A DNA stretch of 63,922 nucleotides, the filler included, from Octopus bimaculoides (Eukaryota), in assembly GCF_001194135.2 (NCBI RefSeq). It is 4 parts of 4 records of this genome, joined end to end, with 100 filler letters (N's around TTAATTAATTAA, not from the genome) between each part and the next. Parts side by side here need not be neighbours in the genome. Positions count along the whole stretch, not along the records: positions 40,512 to 62,618 come from NC_068995.1; positions 62,719 to 63,922 come from NC_068986.1; 2 more parts are not named here. One strand, 5' to 3'. Each line of letters starts with the position of its first letter. Within the stretch, counting starts at the first letter, position 1. A program made the position numbers and the translations under genes. Below are positions 51,106 to 63,922 of the stretch, one piece after another. Under the pieces are notes generated by a model that was not told where the DNA came from, did no database searches, and saw only the letters and a program-made list of their open reading frames with translations.

Positions 51106-51824
51106 CTGTCAACTGCCGACAATTCACACAGTTATTTTATTTTATTGAAATGCGTCGGTCCACTTTTGGTCACGTGGAGGTGGTCTGGACCCTCCCACAA
51201 CAATTTTTCTCAGGACAAAGTGAGGAAAGCAAAAGCTTCAAAAATGTTACAACCTCTATTTTTGGGGTTGTTGGGGCTATCCAGGTATGTTCTATGTCTG
51301 TTAAACTGTAAAATGTTGGAAATGTAATAGTCTACTCTAAGGTGGATTTGGTTGAGAATGAAAGTATTGTTTCTGTTAGAAAGTTTCCAATAACGATAAT
51401 GTGGAAGTAATGTTGTAGATAAGAGAAGAAATTTCTAGAGAAGGTTGTTATATTAGTGTTGTAGAAGGTTATACCATGTTACCTTACGTCAGCGAATGCA
51501 TCGGTGGTTGGTTCTGGTTATGCTGAAGATCGATATGAGGAGAATATGTGACTCCCTCATTGAAACCGCTTTTTCGTAATGCGGCTTTGTATAATGGTGC
51601 ATATTCTTGAAACTATGGTCTTCTCAGATATATGTGTGTGTGTGTGTGTGTGTGTTAGAATGTTTGGAGGTGATGTACAGGTATTATATATTAGAAAAAA
51701 TGAGGTACTCAGAGATCTGGATGGTTGTACATTTACAAATTGTTATTAATACGTCACATGTTTTTATAAATCATATATTAGCGCTTGCATCTATTCTAGT
51801 TTTAAAAAAGTTACAACTACTAAA

Positions 51825-52509
51825 CTAGTAACTTGGATATATCCCCTGCCCTTCATATTTTAAGAAGGTCATGGTAGAGACCTTCATTTGATAAATAATC
51901 TCAAAACTGGTAATAGGGAACGGGTGGCAAGAATAATTGTTTTAAATTTATTTGTGTGTTAAAAATACTGAACACTGTGTGTATTATAAACGTTTCCTAA
52001 ATCAACCTGTTATGAGATTGTCACTCATAGTGAATGTACACAAAATTTAATGTCACTGTTCTGGATTTCCTGCCTCAAAATTATGGTTGACGATGTCTTT
52101 CTATGAGCTTCAGCGCCATAACCGAAGAGACGCTACATTCAACCAAGAAAAGAAAACGGGTAGTGGTTTCAGTTTCGCATAGCTTATCTGAACATGAATG
52201 CATTCTTCACAGTTACAAGGAATATATCAATGAGTTTCAGATCGAATATGCTTGTTTTTTGGGCAACAGTAAATTTTCAACATCACACCTATATTCGCCT
52301 CTTCGTTTAAATATTCTCTGGTCCTTATCTTTATATGCTAGATAAACATAACAATATGTATATGACTGTGTGTGTAATTTCTATTTAATACATATATACC
52401 TTCTTTTAATATAAAGTTGAAAGTCGAACTGTGAGTGACATTATATGAAAATATCTTGAAAAAACAAACTGTTTCGAACACAGTCTCCCAAGATTCAACC
52501 TAACCTAGA
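51825..52509 (-). mobile_element. Possible non-autonomous Helitron
   Basis: Minus strand starts A|TC at 52509 and ends CTAG|T at 51825, with a ccttc/gaagg hairpin ~21 nt upstream of the end. Boundaries are suggestive only. Confidence 0.2.
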
Positions 52510-52582
52510 TTTTGTTTGGTATGCGTGTCTGAGCATATAGCATTTTCTGTGTGTGTATGTGTGTGTACGAGAGAGAGAAAGC

Positions 52583-52624
<42 letters not shown>

Positions 52625-52833
52625 TGTGCGCGCGCGTGTGTATGTTGTATCTGCGTGTGCGTATGTCTGTGCATGCATGTGCTTTGTATGTATGTGTTGC
52701 AATATCTCTCGGGACAAATAAACTTCCGGAAGACGATGCTTAGGTCACTTTCAATGTATAATAATGTCTTTAATGCGTCTGTATGTCTATATGATAACTA
52801 AGTGTGTGTGTGTGTATGTGTAATTAAGTATAC

Positions 52834-52878
<45 letters not shown>

Positions 52879-52888
52879 NNNNNNNNNN

Positions 52889-52929
<41 letters not shown>

Positions 52930-53428
52930 AGTCTGTATGCATGTGCGCGTATTTCTTCTTGCAAGTACTGATTCATATAAACTTATATACATTTCTCCAT
53001 AGTTAAATCTTCTAGGAAATCTTTTACTATGTATAGCAACTTCATTTAAACTGAACATGGTTCCACCTGTCTGTATATAATTTAACTCTGTATATAATTT
53101 AACTGTTACTTCTACGCATTTAAAACTAGCATGTGTATGAGCAATGTGTGTGTGTGTGTACGCGCGCGTGTGTGTGTGTGTGTGTGCGCGCGCGCGTGTG
53201 TGTGTCTGTGTGTGCGCGCGTGTGTNNNNNNNNNNTGTGTGTGCGCGCGTGTGTGTGTCTGTGTGTGCGCGCGTGTGTGTGTGTGTGTGTCTGTGTTTGT
53301 GTGTGTATGAGTAATATTTGAGTCAATACGTGTCTAAAAGCTTGCCTATGTTCTTAAATTATGCTTGCATAAACGCCATTTGTTTAGTTAGACGTATTAG
53401 ACGTGCCTGTATGAACATGTGTGTGTGT

Positions 53429-53466
<38 letters not shown>

Positions 53467-54012
53467 GAGCGTATTTGTAATTCTTAAACATATACATATA
53501 TGCACAGACGACCGTGTATGTGTGGATGCACGCATGCGCTGGTGTATCTGTCTATTATTAGAGACCAATGTATGTATATGTGTGTCTATACATACATATA
53601 TCCACAGAAATAGGCATATAAATCACATCCAAAACACAACCATTCGACTGATATTTTCACCTACACACTACAACCACTGGCTCACAAATGTTCTATTTTT
53701 ATTTCATCTACCACCAATGCAACAGCTTCTGCTTTTCTGAACTATAAATTGCATACCACCTCCACTCAAGCTTAGCTGGTGCACACAATTCACCGATTTA
53801 TTTTTCAACTCTGCTACCTCATCCTGCCACAGAATCTACGCTTACGCACAATTCCTTGTACGAACTGCAATTTTCTAGAATCCCCTCCCTATTCTCAATT
53901 TTCCCGCAGGCGATGAAGTGCAGTGATTCACAATTAACACCAAACAGATCAACCTAACCTAATCTGACTTATCCTTATACTAGTTTGTCAAAATGTGGGC
54001 TAAAGCACAAAA

Positions 54013-54048
<36 letters not shown>

Positions 54049-54568
54049 NNNNNNNNNNNNNNNNNNNNNNNNNNNNNNNNNNNNNNNNNNNNNNNNNNNN
54101 NNNNNNNNNNNNNNNNNNNNNNNNNNNNNNNNNNNNNNNNNNNNNNNNNNNNNNNNNNNNNNNNNNNNNNNNNNNNNNNNNNNNNNNNNNNNNNNNNNNN
54201 NNNNNNNNNNNNNNNNNNNNNNNNNNNNNNNNNNNNNNNNNNNNNNNNNNNNNNNNNNNNNNNNNNNNNNNNNNNNNNNNNNNNNNNNNNNNNNNNNNNN
54301 NNNNNNNNNNNNNNNNNNNNNNNNNNNNNNNNNNNNNNNNNNNNNNNNNNNNNNNNNNNNNNNNNNNNNNNNNNNNNNNNNNNNNNNNNNNNNNNNNNNN
54401 NNNNNNNNNNNNNNNNNNNNNNNNNNNNNNNNNNNNNNNNNNNNNNNNNNNNNNNNNNNNNNNNNNNNNNNNNNNNNNNNNNNNNNNNNNNNNNNNNNNN
54501 NNNNNNNNNNNNNNNNNNNNNNNNNNNNNNNNNNNNNNNNNNNNNNNNNNNNNNNNNNNNNNNNNNNN

Positions 54569-54604
<36 letters not shown>

Positions 54605-54700
54605 AAATTATTTTATTCCACACAGGTAGAAATATAGGAAAAATAGAAGTTGAAAATGCACTGAGAAATGTAAAAATATTTTTTATTATTATATTTAAAG

Positions 54701-54739
54701 ATTTAACCGGTTTCACAGTTTACACTAATCTTCGAAAAT
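54701..54739 (-). ncRNA. Hammerhead-like motif downstream of PLE-A
   Basis: Minus strand attt-TCGAAGA-t-tagt(gtaa)actg-t-GAAAC-CG-GTT-aaat. Palindromic ACCGGU helix III; C3 is mutated to U. Confidence 0.45.
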
Positions 54740-54899
54740 TGGAAATAGAGAGACGTGACTTATGTCGCAGCTGTTTTGCATCTGACTAGTGTTTGAAGCT
54801 TGTCCTGTTTTTATAGGGGTTCATGGCTCAAATTAGTTTATGATTTGAATAGGGGTTGATTGGTAGAAGATAGCCACATGACTGGCCTTAGAAATTTTT

Positions 54900-57400
54900 G
54901 TAGGTTCCCCACCACGTCCGTGTGGTAATATCAAGTGACAATGTTTAGCGTCATAAGCTAAGGCTGATACGGTTGACTGAACAATTCTAGTGATAGTACT
55001 AAGCAATCAATGCCCTGAATGTTTTCTGACGATGTTTGTAGAGAATGAACAAATGATTAAGTTTAGAACCTTCTATACGTTTCCCGCTACGTCCGTGCAT
55101 TAGTGTCTCGAGGTAGTATATTTTGCGCCTAAAATGAAGGCCGATACAGTTGAGTGAACATGCTTAATTATAATCAAGGCACTCCAAACTTAATCTGTCT
55201 GGTGGGAGAGTAGACAGGAGTCGTTTGTATGTGGTCCAGTGGCTAAAGTTTAGGTTGTTAGCTGTGTAGGTTCCTCATGTTAAGTGGCAGAATGAGTTTT
55301 GTGGTGAATAGTTATTTGAGTATGTACTTTGTTAAAGATTGTTAAGTCTGGATTTGTACTTTTGTACATTCTTGACATTTGATAGCGTATATTAAATTCC
55401 TTGAAGAACATTAAAGTGATTTTTACGGTAAAAATCTATCCTGATTTGAATTTGTATGTTGTGTCGTCAATAAGACTGATACAGGCCCCACAATTGGGGT
55501 GGCCACACCTTTTTGACTGTTGGTGTAGGAGTTGTGGAAGGTAATTTAGCACTTGTGAGAAATTGTTGAAAGACTGTCTTTTACTTTTGATTATTTTGTG
55601 TGTTTCGAATGCTTGTTTCTTGGGTCTTGTCTTAGTAGTGATATGTTCTGGTGGATAATATTGTAAATCTGTGTATTTCTTGGGTTCCGTGTTGTAATAA
55701 AGGTTGGATTATTTGATTGTCTGGAGCGTTTTTCGTTTTTCGTAGTTCTTTGATATTTATTGTTTTGGCACGTTCTATTCAGTTGTCTATTAACTTTAAT
55801 GGATATTGTCTTTTAAGTAGTATTTGTTTTAGTTCCTGGAGTCTTTTATTGCGAGTTTCGGGGTTTGAGACATTTATGCAGATTCTTCTTGCTAGATTGA
55901 AGAGAATATTATTCTTTGTGTGTTTGAGATGGCATGAGGAGAACAATAAGTATTGTTTAGAATCTGTTTGTTTGAAGTGAATGTCTGTTTCAGTGTTTTT
56001 ATCTCTTATGATTAGTATATCCAGGAATGGTAGTTAAATTTTCCATGGTGAAGTTAGAGTTAGGGTTGGGGTTAGGGCTGGGGTTAAGCTGTTGATTAGA
56101 TTTTTGAAATCTATAAATTGTTCAAATGTGTGCGTCCATAGGATTAGGCAGTCATCTAGGTAACGTTTCCAGTTTTCTAGTAGATATTTGTGGAAGTTCA
56201 AGCCATATTTTAATTTTGACTGTTCGTATATCTGGACCTCCATGTAAGCCATGACTGGATTGACGTAAGTCGGAGCAACTTTAGTCACCATCGCAGTCCC
56301 ATATATTTGTTTGTAAATATTGCCATCGAAATCAAAAAGTTGTTTTCGGAGATAAAATTTAATCCTTCACTAATGAAACTTTTTTCAATTCTGTCTAGAA
56401 TTTCATGAGGGAATTTCTCAAGCCAGAAATTTATTGCCTCTATTCCATATCGCTGTGGAACTGTGGTATAGAGGTTTTCCACATCAAAAGATACAATTCA
56501 TTGTTTATGAATTTTGGGAGGTGGTTTAACAGGTCCAGATCATCCCTTACAAGGCTTGGTATGTATTTTAAAATAGATTTCAGTAATATATCTAAAAATT
56601 TGCTGAGTCTGTGTGTTTCACAGTTCGGGCCTACTACGATTGCTCTAAATTTCAGGTCGGTAGGATATTGTATATTTATGTAACTTGAAGTTGGTTCTTT
56701 TTTGTTAAACATTCTTAATAGTTTGATTCTTATGGAGTTTTGGGAGACTGTAGAAATCGCTAGTCATGCAGTCAAAATGGGTTAGGTAGTCACATTCTTT
56801 GTTTGTTAAACATTTTTGAAATCTGTAAATGTTGTTTTGATTTTTGGTAATCATTTACCTTTTCGTAGTAGGTCATATCTTGTAATATAGATAGTATATC
56901 TCTTTTGTAGTGTTCAGTATCCATAATAATTATAGCACTTCCCTTATCTGCTTCCTTAATTATAATGTCTTTATAGTTTTTCAGTTCGTGCATAATATCC
57001 CATTCCTTTCGACTGGTATTGAACTTGATTTTAGGGTGTGGAAGCTCTTAGTAAAGGAAGGTAGATATAAAGTCATAAAATTTATCTAAAGCTTTATTCT
57101 TACCTTTCGTATGCTTGTAATCGCTCTTGTTTCTTACAGTTGATTCGTCCTAGTTTTCTTTATCGTACAAATCCTGTTAGACGTAGTTTTCTCCAGAACT
57201 GTGAAATATCGTTCTGTATTTCATTAGAGTTAGGCTGCTGTGGGCTAAATTTTGGGCGTTTTGACAAAACATTAATTTTTTCTACTGAGAGTGATTTGGA
57301 TAGGTTAATTATCTTCAGTTTCTCATCTTCGATTGGATTTAAAAAGTGATTTTTCAAGGTTTTCCTTTTATTACTATTTATATATCCGATGACATTTTCT
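54900..57400 (-). mobile_element. Penelope-like element A (RT plus C-terminal GIY-YIG), degraded, near full ORF
   Basis: IINLSK..LSK.PKF, IIIKEADKGSAIIIMD, FRAIVVGP, ENLYT, WKRYLDDC, PFLDI..SCHPKH, NCGAC linker, and CSSRNLIYAIKCQEC (GIY-YIG region, ~55330-55410). Confidence 0.92.
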
Positions 57401-57419
57401 CTGTTAACTTGTAGAGTAG

Positions 57420-58745
57420 AGTTCTCTCTATCCCTTCCCTGGATCTGAATGACTGCATGTACCGGGAGTATCTTCTCTTGAAGTCATTGGCTGTCATACC
57501 CATATTTTACCTAGTGATGTCATCCGATGGTTTAAGAGTGGCTCTGTATACTACGGCCCTTGAGAGGCAGGATCCTTCCAGAGGGCAGGTGGTGGGGTTT
57601 CGACACTTGCAGGTTGGGATTGGGGTTGTGCGAATGCATTTTTACGTCTGTTGATGCGTGCGATGTTAGATGCGATGTTGTCTAAGCACCTTGACATTAT
57701 GAGGGTTGAAGAGTTTGTAATACTTATGGCCTCTGGTGAAATGTTTTTTTAATTAACGCCAGGAAACACCTACCTTCGTTGGTAGAAACTTCTAAGTTGA
57801 ATGGGGGCGGTTAAACCAGATAATTTTCCTTTTCCTAATCCTCCTGGGTGAGGAGAGGGGCTTTGGTGGTCGTCCACATACGTGAGTTTCTCGGCAAACC
57901 CGCTCCTAGCCAAAGCATCGTTGTAGTGGGGGTGGCCCTATTGAAGATCCCTTTGTTGGCCGAGAGTTTAGATATCAGTTTGCTAATGCCTGCAACTAGT
58001 TTTCTAATTACAGCAGGGGAAGGGTTTGAGCTCTTGTGGATGAATACAGTTTCCTCATTAGGCTTCCTGAAGGGGTAGTACTTGTCCGTGTTCTGGTTTA
58101 AGGTTACGTCCAAGAAATCGACTGTAGTCAGGTTGGTGTTAAGCGTTATGGATAGGTTGAAATCTTGGAATATTTTTATCAAGTCCTTCCTGAATCTGTC
58201 CATGGCGTGGCCGTTCATATGGCTTGAGATGGCCAGGCCGTCGTGACTATAGAGGGCCGACCTCTGTGGATGAGTACGTCTCTTGAGGATATCCAAAATG
58301 TATAAACCGTCGAGGTCTCCCCATAGAGACATCGAACAATGGATCGCATTTTTCTTCACTTAGAAGCAATCGTCGTGGACCAGAATTGACTTTCTGACAT
58401 TCATGATGATCCTGATATCAAGGTCACTTATGCTGGTGAATTGCTCTGCAAAAGTTAGGGCCTTCAGGAGGAGGGGCTTAGATATGGAAGGATAGAAGCC
58501 AAGAATGTCGAACTGAGAGTATCTGCAGGCTGATTTATTCTCGGTAACGCGGAACCAGTTGATCACAGCTGCGCTGGAGTTCCATTGAGTCAAGCCTGTA
58601 GCTCTTCTGATGACGGAGTTGAGAGTATCGATAATACTCCTGCTAATGACACTTATCTCACTTTTAGAGGGGTTGATCAGCCTGCATTTGGAATTGGAGA
58701 CGAAATTGGACTTATAGTGCTTAAGTGTAATATGGGGCAATCACG
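57420..58745 (-). mobile_element. Penelope-like element B of a different clade, 5'- and 3'-truncated
   Basis: KCRLINPSKSEI, QFDILGFYPSI, ALYSHDGL (YRDD site decayed), FLDVTLN, RKPNEE, KIIWFN, CKCRNPTTCPLEGSC..VVYRAT..MGMTANDFKRRY. Confidence 0.9.
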
Positions 58746-58837
58746 TGGTGCGGCAGTCCATATGATCCTCTATATTAAGACGCGTAGCTATCTCTTTTAC
58801 TGATATGTGTGTGTGTGTGTGTGTGTGTAACTGATAT

Positions 58838-59705
<868 letters not shown>

Positions 59706-59726
59706 TTTACACTTGATGAATTTATG

Positions 59727-59795
59727 CATGTGTGTGCATGTGTGTGCATGTGTGTGCATGTGTGTGCATGTGTGTGCATGTGTGTGCATGTGTGG
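59727..59795 (+). repeat. (CATGTGTGTG)n 10 bp tandem repeat
   Basis: About 6-7 near-perfect units. Confidence 0.9.
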
Positions 59796-59799
59796 TGAG

Positions 59800-60610
59800 G
59801 TGTACGTATATGTGTATGTATGCATGCAGCGAAATCCTACTTCAGTATCTCACACTAGTGCAGCAGTGGCAATGGTTGTCCATTAGCTATGGTAGCGGCG
59901 CGTATGCCCTGTTAGGTCCAACCAAGCTACAAAGATACCGGACTACCTCGATGGAGGCTGGAAGCTAGCTAAAATGAAGAGGTAGTAAATGGCCTGCTCA
60001 CCTAGCCAGCAAGGGGGCTTCATTTTAAAAGCTAAAACAATGCGAGGAAATGGGCCTCAATATCCTGCAGGTCAATCGGACCGCTCCATGGCGGCGGAGC
60101 GAAATCCGGGATGCTAGGAAACTCAGGTAACACTAGGCCGCCAAGGAATTGGATAACAACCCTTGCTTATGTACCTACAACTGCAGGTCTTTAGCAGGGA
60201 GAACGAGAATGACAGTTCTAATGGAACTAAAAAAGATAAATGCGATGTGCTAGGGCTCTGTGAAACACGTCGAAGGAAAGAAGTAAATGTGAGATGGACA
60301 GATGGAAGTGTTGTGAAACTGGGAAAAGTGTAATGTGCGAGAGTAACAGGTTCTATAATGTTCATCCCTAGCAAAGAAAAGGGCTTCGGAAATTGTTTCT
60401 TGCCAATTTCCTTCATCAGGCATCAAGAAATGCACCCTGAAGATCATCCAAACCTATGGACCCACAAATATAAGCGAAGACAATGGAGTGAAAAGAATCC
60501 CCCAAGAAGTAGAGAAATTGCTGACGAACAAATCCACTTACACCATAGTGATGGGAGATTTCAAGACAAAGGTTGGAAAAGGACGACAGGGAGAGAGATT
60601 GAAGCCATCT
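59800..60610 (+). mobile_element. 5' part of an RTE-type LINE (UTR plus AP-endonuclease), 3'-truncated
   Basis: Broken frames give CTYNCRSL, CDVLGLCETRR, LKIIQTYGP, YTIVMGDFKTKVG. The 5' boundary is approximate. Confidence 0.75.
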
Positions 60611-60721
60611 TGAGTTTCCTGTATTTCTTAATTCGGTAATTTAAAGCCTGAAAGAGACGAGTTTCTGTTAGAGGCCTACGAAACTTTAAGTCGCATGGAA
60701 CCGAATTAAACTGTTTTAAAT

Positions 60722-60768
<47 letters not shown>

Positions 60769-60837
60769 ACATAATTAAGGGAAAAATTATTAATTATTAA
60801 TTTATTAATAAATTAATAATCCTTTACCCTTTTATTT

Positions 60838-60891
<54 letters not shown>

Positions 60892-61100
60892 CCCTGGGCG
60901 TGGTTATTCGGGGGCGCCCTCTGCGGGCACGGTCTGCAGTGCTGTTGGTGTTGTTGTATCGTTGTTGCAGGCAATAGATGGTGTTGATATGGACATTGTA
61001 CGCTTTCGAAACAACCAGGGCACGCTGCCATGCTTGCAATCAGCTGACAGCTTGTTCTCTCTGCGCTTCTGAGAATCGAGTCATACGTGCTGCGTCCAAA
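60892..61100 (-). mobile_element. Tc1-like transposase N-terminal fragment
   Basis: ATG at 61084: MTRFSEAQREQAVS*LQA...VSKAYNVHINTIYCLQQRYNNTNSTADRARRGRPRITTPR (HTH plus GRPR motif). Confidence 0.75.
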
Positions 61101-61107
61101 TCACGAA

Positions 61108-62618
61108 TTGATTTTATTTTCGCCATGAATACTAAATACAGAGAGGACGATACAAAGTGAGAGGGATCGGGGATCGAATGATAGAACATTAAAAATGAGC
61201 AGTTAATAACTTACGAATTATATAATCGAATGAATGAACAATACAAAAACAACACAATGGAGTGCGGGACGGGTTCGACTCCACAAGCCCGATCCACCAC
61301 TGAACCTTTTAGTTTCCTTTATGTTTTACACTCACGCGGCTTCATTCACTCTCAACATCCACGTCGCTTCCATCTTTTGCCATATATAACGGGCGACAAG
61401 CGTCTCCTCTCCAGCCTTAGTTTTCTTTTAAGATGGAAAATAAACAGGCTAAGCAAGCCAGGGCCGGAGATGAAGGCACCCGTCGCCACTCCCCTCATAC
61501 GTGTCCTCCAAACAACCTCTTTCGCTATCACTACCACTGCGAGAAAACACACTTTGCATTCCTTATTCAAGGAGGATGGTGGAACAATCTTTATAATCGA
61601 CTCGGAAGACAGCTGTACTCTTCCCAAACGTGACAGTAGCCGTTCGACATATACCCACATTTCCGAAATTTTCGGACACTGCACAATAGCGTGCAGAACA
61701 GTTTCGCTCCTCTGCTCGCATCTTGGGCAAGTGGACTGGCATGAATAACCATGCCTAGCGAGTTTATCTCAAACTGGTAAGGCTCCTCAGTAACATTGCC
61801 AAGCCAGAGACCTTTGGAAATTGTCCAACGTCCCCGGCCCGAATGTCCTTCGGAACAAACCAGCAAACTGGCCTTCGTCGAAGCCCAGGTTTTCCCCCAG
61901 ATCATCGTCACACTTTGCCTCTACCAGCGCTCTATTGAATGACTAGGTGGAACCCTCGCCACCGGCATTACCCATCCGGCAGAGAAGCACAAGTGCCTGC
62001 CGACATTCGGCCTGCCACGCACCCAACTTTGGTCTACGCTTAACTTACGGTTCCAATTAACCAAAACTAGTAAACCAAGGAAGGATCAGTTTGACAAACG
62101 GAGACCACACCCGTTCACCATCCAAGTAGAGCCAGAGATACCTCAGCCTCAGCGCATATCTGCGCATCATTAGCCACGGCATCTCTATCCCACCCTTTAA
62201 CAACTGTTGACAGCAGATAGAGCGCCTTACAAGTGGACCCCTGCCCTTCCACAAAAAGCGGAAGTGCAATCGCTCCATTTTGCTTAGCCACAAATCGGGA
62301 CAAGGCACGACGGTCAGGCGGTAGATAATGTGATAAACATATTTGCGACCTCCGCCTTCCCTTTCAGGGATAGCCACCGCTCAGATAAGGTCTGAGTTAG
62401 GTTGGTCACCCTGCTCACCATCTCGCTCCAATTCTTCTCTATCTGGAGGTCCGGACCTAACCAGACTCCTAGCAATTTAACCAAGCCCTCCGTCCAACTC
62501 CCGACGATATTGTTAGGAGGTATTGACTTGCCTCTCCAGGTGCCGAGTTGCAAGCCGACTGACTTATCCCGGTTAATTTTTGCTTCTGCCACCGCCTCGT
62601 ACTCGTTAATGGCCTCGC
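61108..62618 (-). mobile_element. L1/Tx1-clade LINE, 3' part of ORF2 plus 3' UTR; 5' end in a gap
   Basis: AKINRDKSVGL, VKLLGVW, LSLKGKAEVAN, RFLWKG..PLVRRSICC...GG, ETVLH..VQCP (CCHC-like), FLAVVVIAKEVVWRTR; tail ends gaaaataaaatcaat. Confidence 0.88.
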
Positions 62619-62730
62619 NNNNNNNNNNNNNNNNNNNNNNNNNNNNNNNNNNNNNNNNNNNNTTAATTAATTAANNNNNNNNNNNNNNNNNNNNNNNNNN
62701 NNNNNNNNNNNNNNNNNNATATACATAAAT

Positions 62731-62880
62731 ACGACGGGCTTCTTTCAGTTTTCCATCTACCAAATCCACTCACAACGCTTTGGTCGGCCCGAGACTATAG
62801 TAGAAGACACTTGCCAAAGGTGCCACGCAGTGGGACTGAACCCGGAACCATGTGGTTGGTAAGCAAGCTACTTACCACAC
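62731..62880 (-). mobile_element. SINE family B 5' half
   Basis: Reverse complement gtgtggtaagtagcttgcttaccaaccacatggttccgggttcagtcccactgcgtggcacc. Confidence 0.88.
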
Positions 62881-63586
62881 ATTATATAAACTACATATAC
62901 ATGTATGTATATGTATGTTTGCACCTCTATGTATCAGTGTGTGTGTCAAGATTCTATCACCGTGCATTTCGTCGATGCACACAGCTGCACATCTGGTTGT
63001 TTCACCACCACCACCACCACCACCACGGCTGCCATCACCACCACTACCACCACCACTGACACCAGCCAGCCAGCCAGCTAGTCAGCCCGGCCAGCCTGTA
63101 AGCCTACCAGCCTCACCAGAGAAACCAAAAACAGAGCCACTATCAAACAAGAAAGATCAGAAACCAAATGCCAGCAATCAGCGTCAACAACGAATACAAC
63201 ACCAAACCACTTACCGACCACCAAAGCCCGTGCCGCCGCCTTGTCTCCTTATCTTTTTCTTATTTAAGATGCACCAACATGCATTAAAGAGAGATCAATT
63301 TATTGCGCATGTTCAGTGCTAATCTCGGAATATTTACTGGCTGCTAGTCAGGTTGTTCAACTGTGCTGATAAACAGTTCACATAATATCAAATGATATCG
63401 TACGGTTTGATCCCAGCTTAAGATTTTTCAAGGTTTCTGTTTTGCCGTCTTTTGTGGGTTATCACGTATTCTCTCTCTCTCTCTCTCTCTCTTTCAGCGT
63501 TTAGTGCATTATTTTCGTTCTGTTTTCATGTTTTTTATAGATATGCATATGCACATGCATACATACATATATATATATATACACAC

Positions 63587-63637
<51 letters not shown>

Positions 63638-63830
63638 TATGTATGAATGTATATATATACCTTTCTTAATCTCCAGTCACTTAGCTAGCATAGGGTGATA
63701 TGCACATGTGTGTGTGTGCATATATATATATGCATACGTACGTATATATGCATGTATGTATATATCTTTCCTAATCTACAACGACTTTGCTAGCATGGGG
63801 TAATATGCATATACACATATATGTGTGTGC

Positions 63831-63876
<46 letters not shown>

Positions 63877-63922
63877 TATATGTATATATGTATATGTATG
63901 TATATATATATATATATATATA

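Larger units (their letters stand above)
45406..51199 (-). mobile_element. Gypsy-superfamily LTR retrotransposon (probably Mag-like), degraded
   Basis: TG...CA LTRs, a polypurine tract next to the 3' LTR, gag from ATG at 48969, protease LDTVSDITL, RT AYLDDI, RNase H (YASRSL, YSQIEKEAL) and integrase (VDSFSNW, IVSDNETQF, HPGS.DQAGRFV). No matching TSD seen. Confidence 0.92.
49013..51199 (-). repeat. 5' LTR of the Gypsy element, split by a 1.9 kb insertion
   Basis: LTR halves at 49013-49188 and 51106-51199, with ctgtcaact duplicated at 49180-49188 and 51106-51114. Confidence 0.85.

Noticed and set aside
45401-51204. Target-site duplication for the Gypsy element
   Set aside because: The flanks attga and acaat do not match as direct repeats, so no TSD is claimed.
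57420-58745. Assigning PLE-B to the Naiad (N-terminal endonuclease, selenoprotein) clade
   Set aside because: The GIY-YIG region here is C-terminal to the RT, which does not fit the permuted Naiad/Chlamys order.
59900-60060. HDV-like ribozyme in the RTE 5' UTR
   Set aside because: Expected from some RTE families, but I could not build the nested double pseudoknot by eye; it needs a descriptor search.

Overview
AT-rich, gap-rich eukaryotic DNA packed with microsatellites and decayed transposable elements. The tRNA-derived SINE families, mariner/maT remnants and microsatellite density point to an octopus (cephalopod) genome; this is inference, not a database match. I could not confidently identify any host protein-coding exon, rRNA, true tRNA or CRISPR array, and most ORF-track entries are translations of microsatellites or N gaps. 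Recognisable contents are: a DD37D maT remnant; a mariner derivative built from two inverted 5' ends; several MITEs; three SINE families; an RTE LINE with a twin-priming 5' inversion; a Gypsy LTR element whose 5' LTR is split by a 1.9 kb ORF1-only non-LTR element; two adjacent Penelope-like elements (PLEs); RTE, Tc1 and L1/Tx1 fragments; and a ~650 bp degenerate TTAGGG tract. The most interesting signals are three. (1) The ORF1-only, HAL1-like element has a 9 bp TSD, and its 3' tail resembles both one SINE subfamily's tail and the tail of an L1/Tx1 ORF2 copy in this window. (2) A dispersed family of minimal hammerhead-ribozyme motifs has a recurrent C4 core variant and palindromic helix III. 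(3) A 109 bp palindrome is centred exactly on the stem II loop of that hammerhead family. Coordinates were counted by hand and may be off by a few bases.
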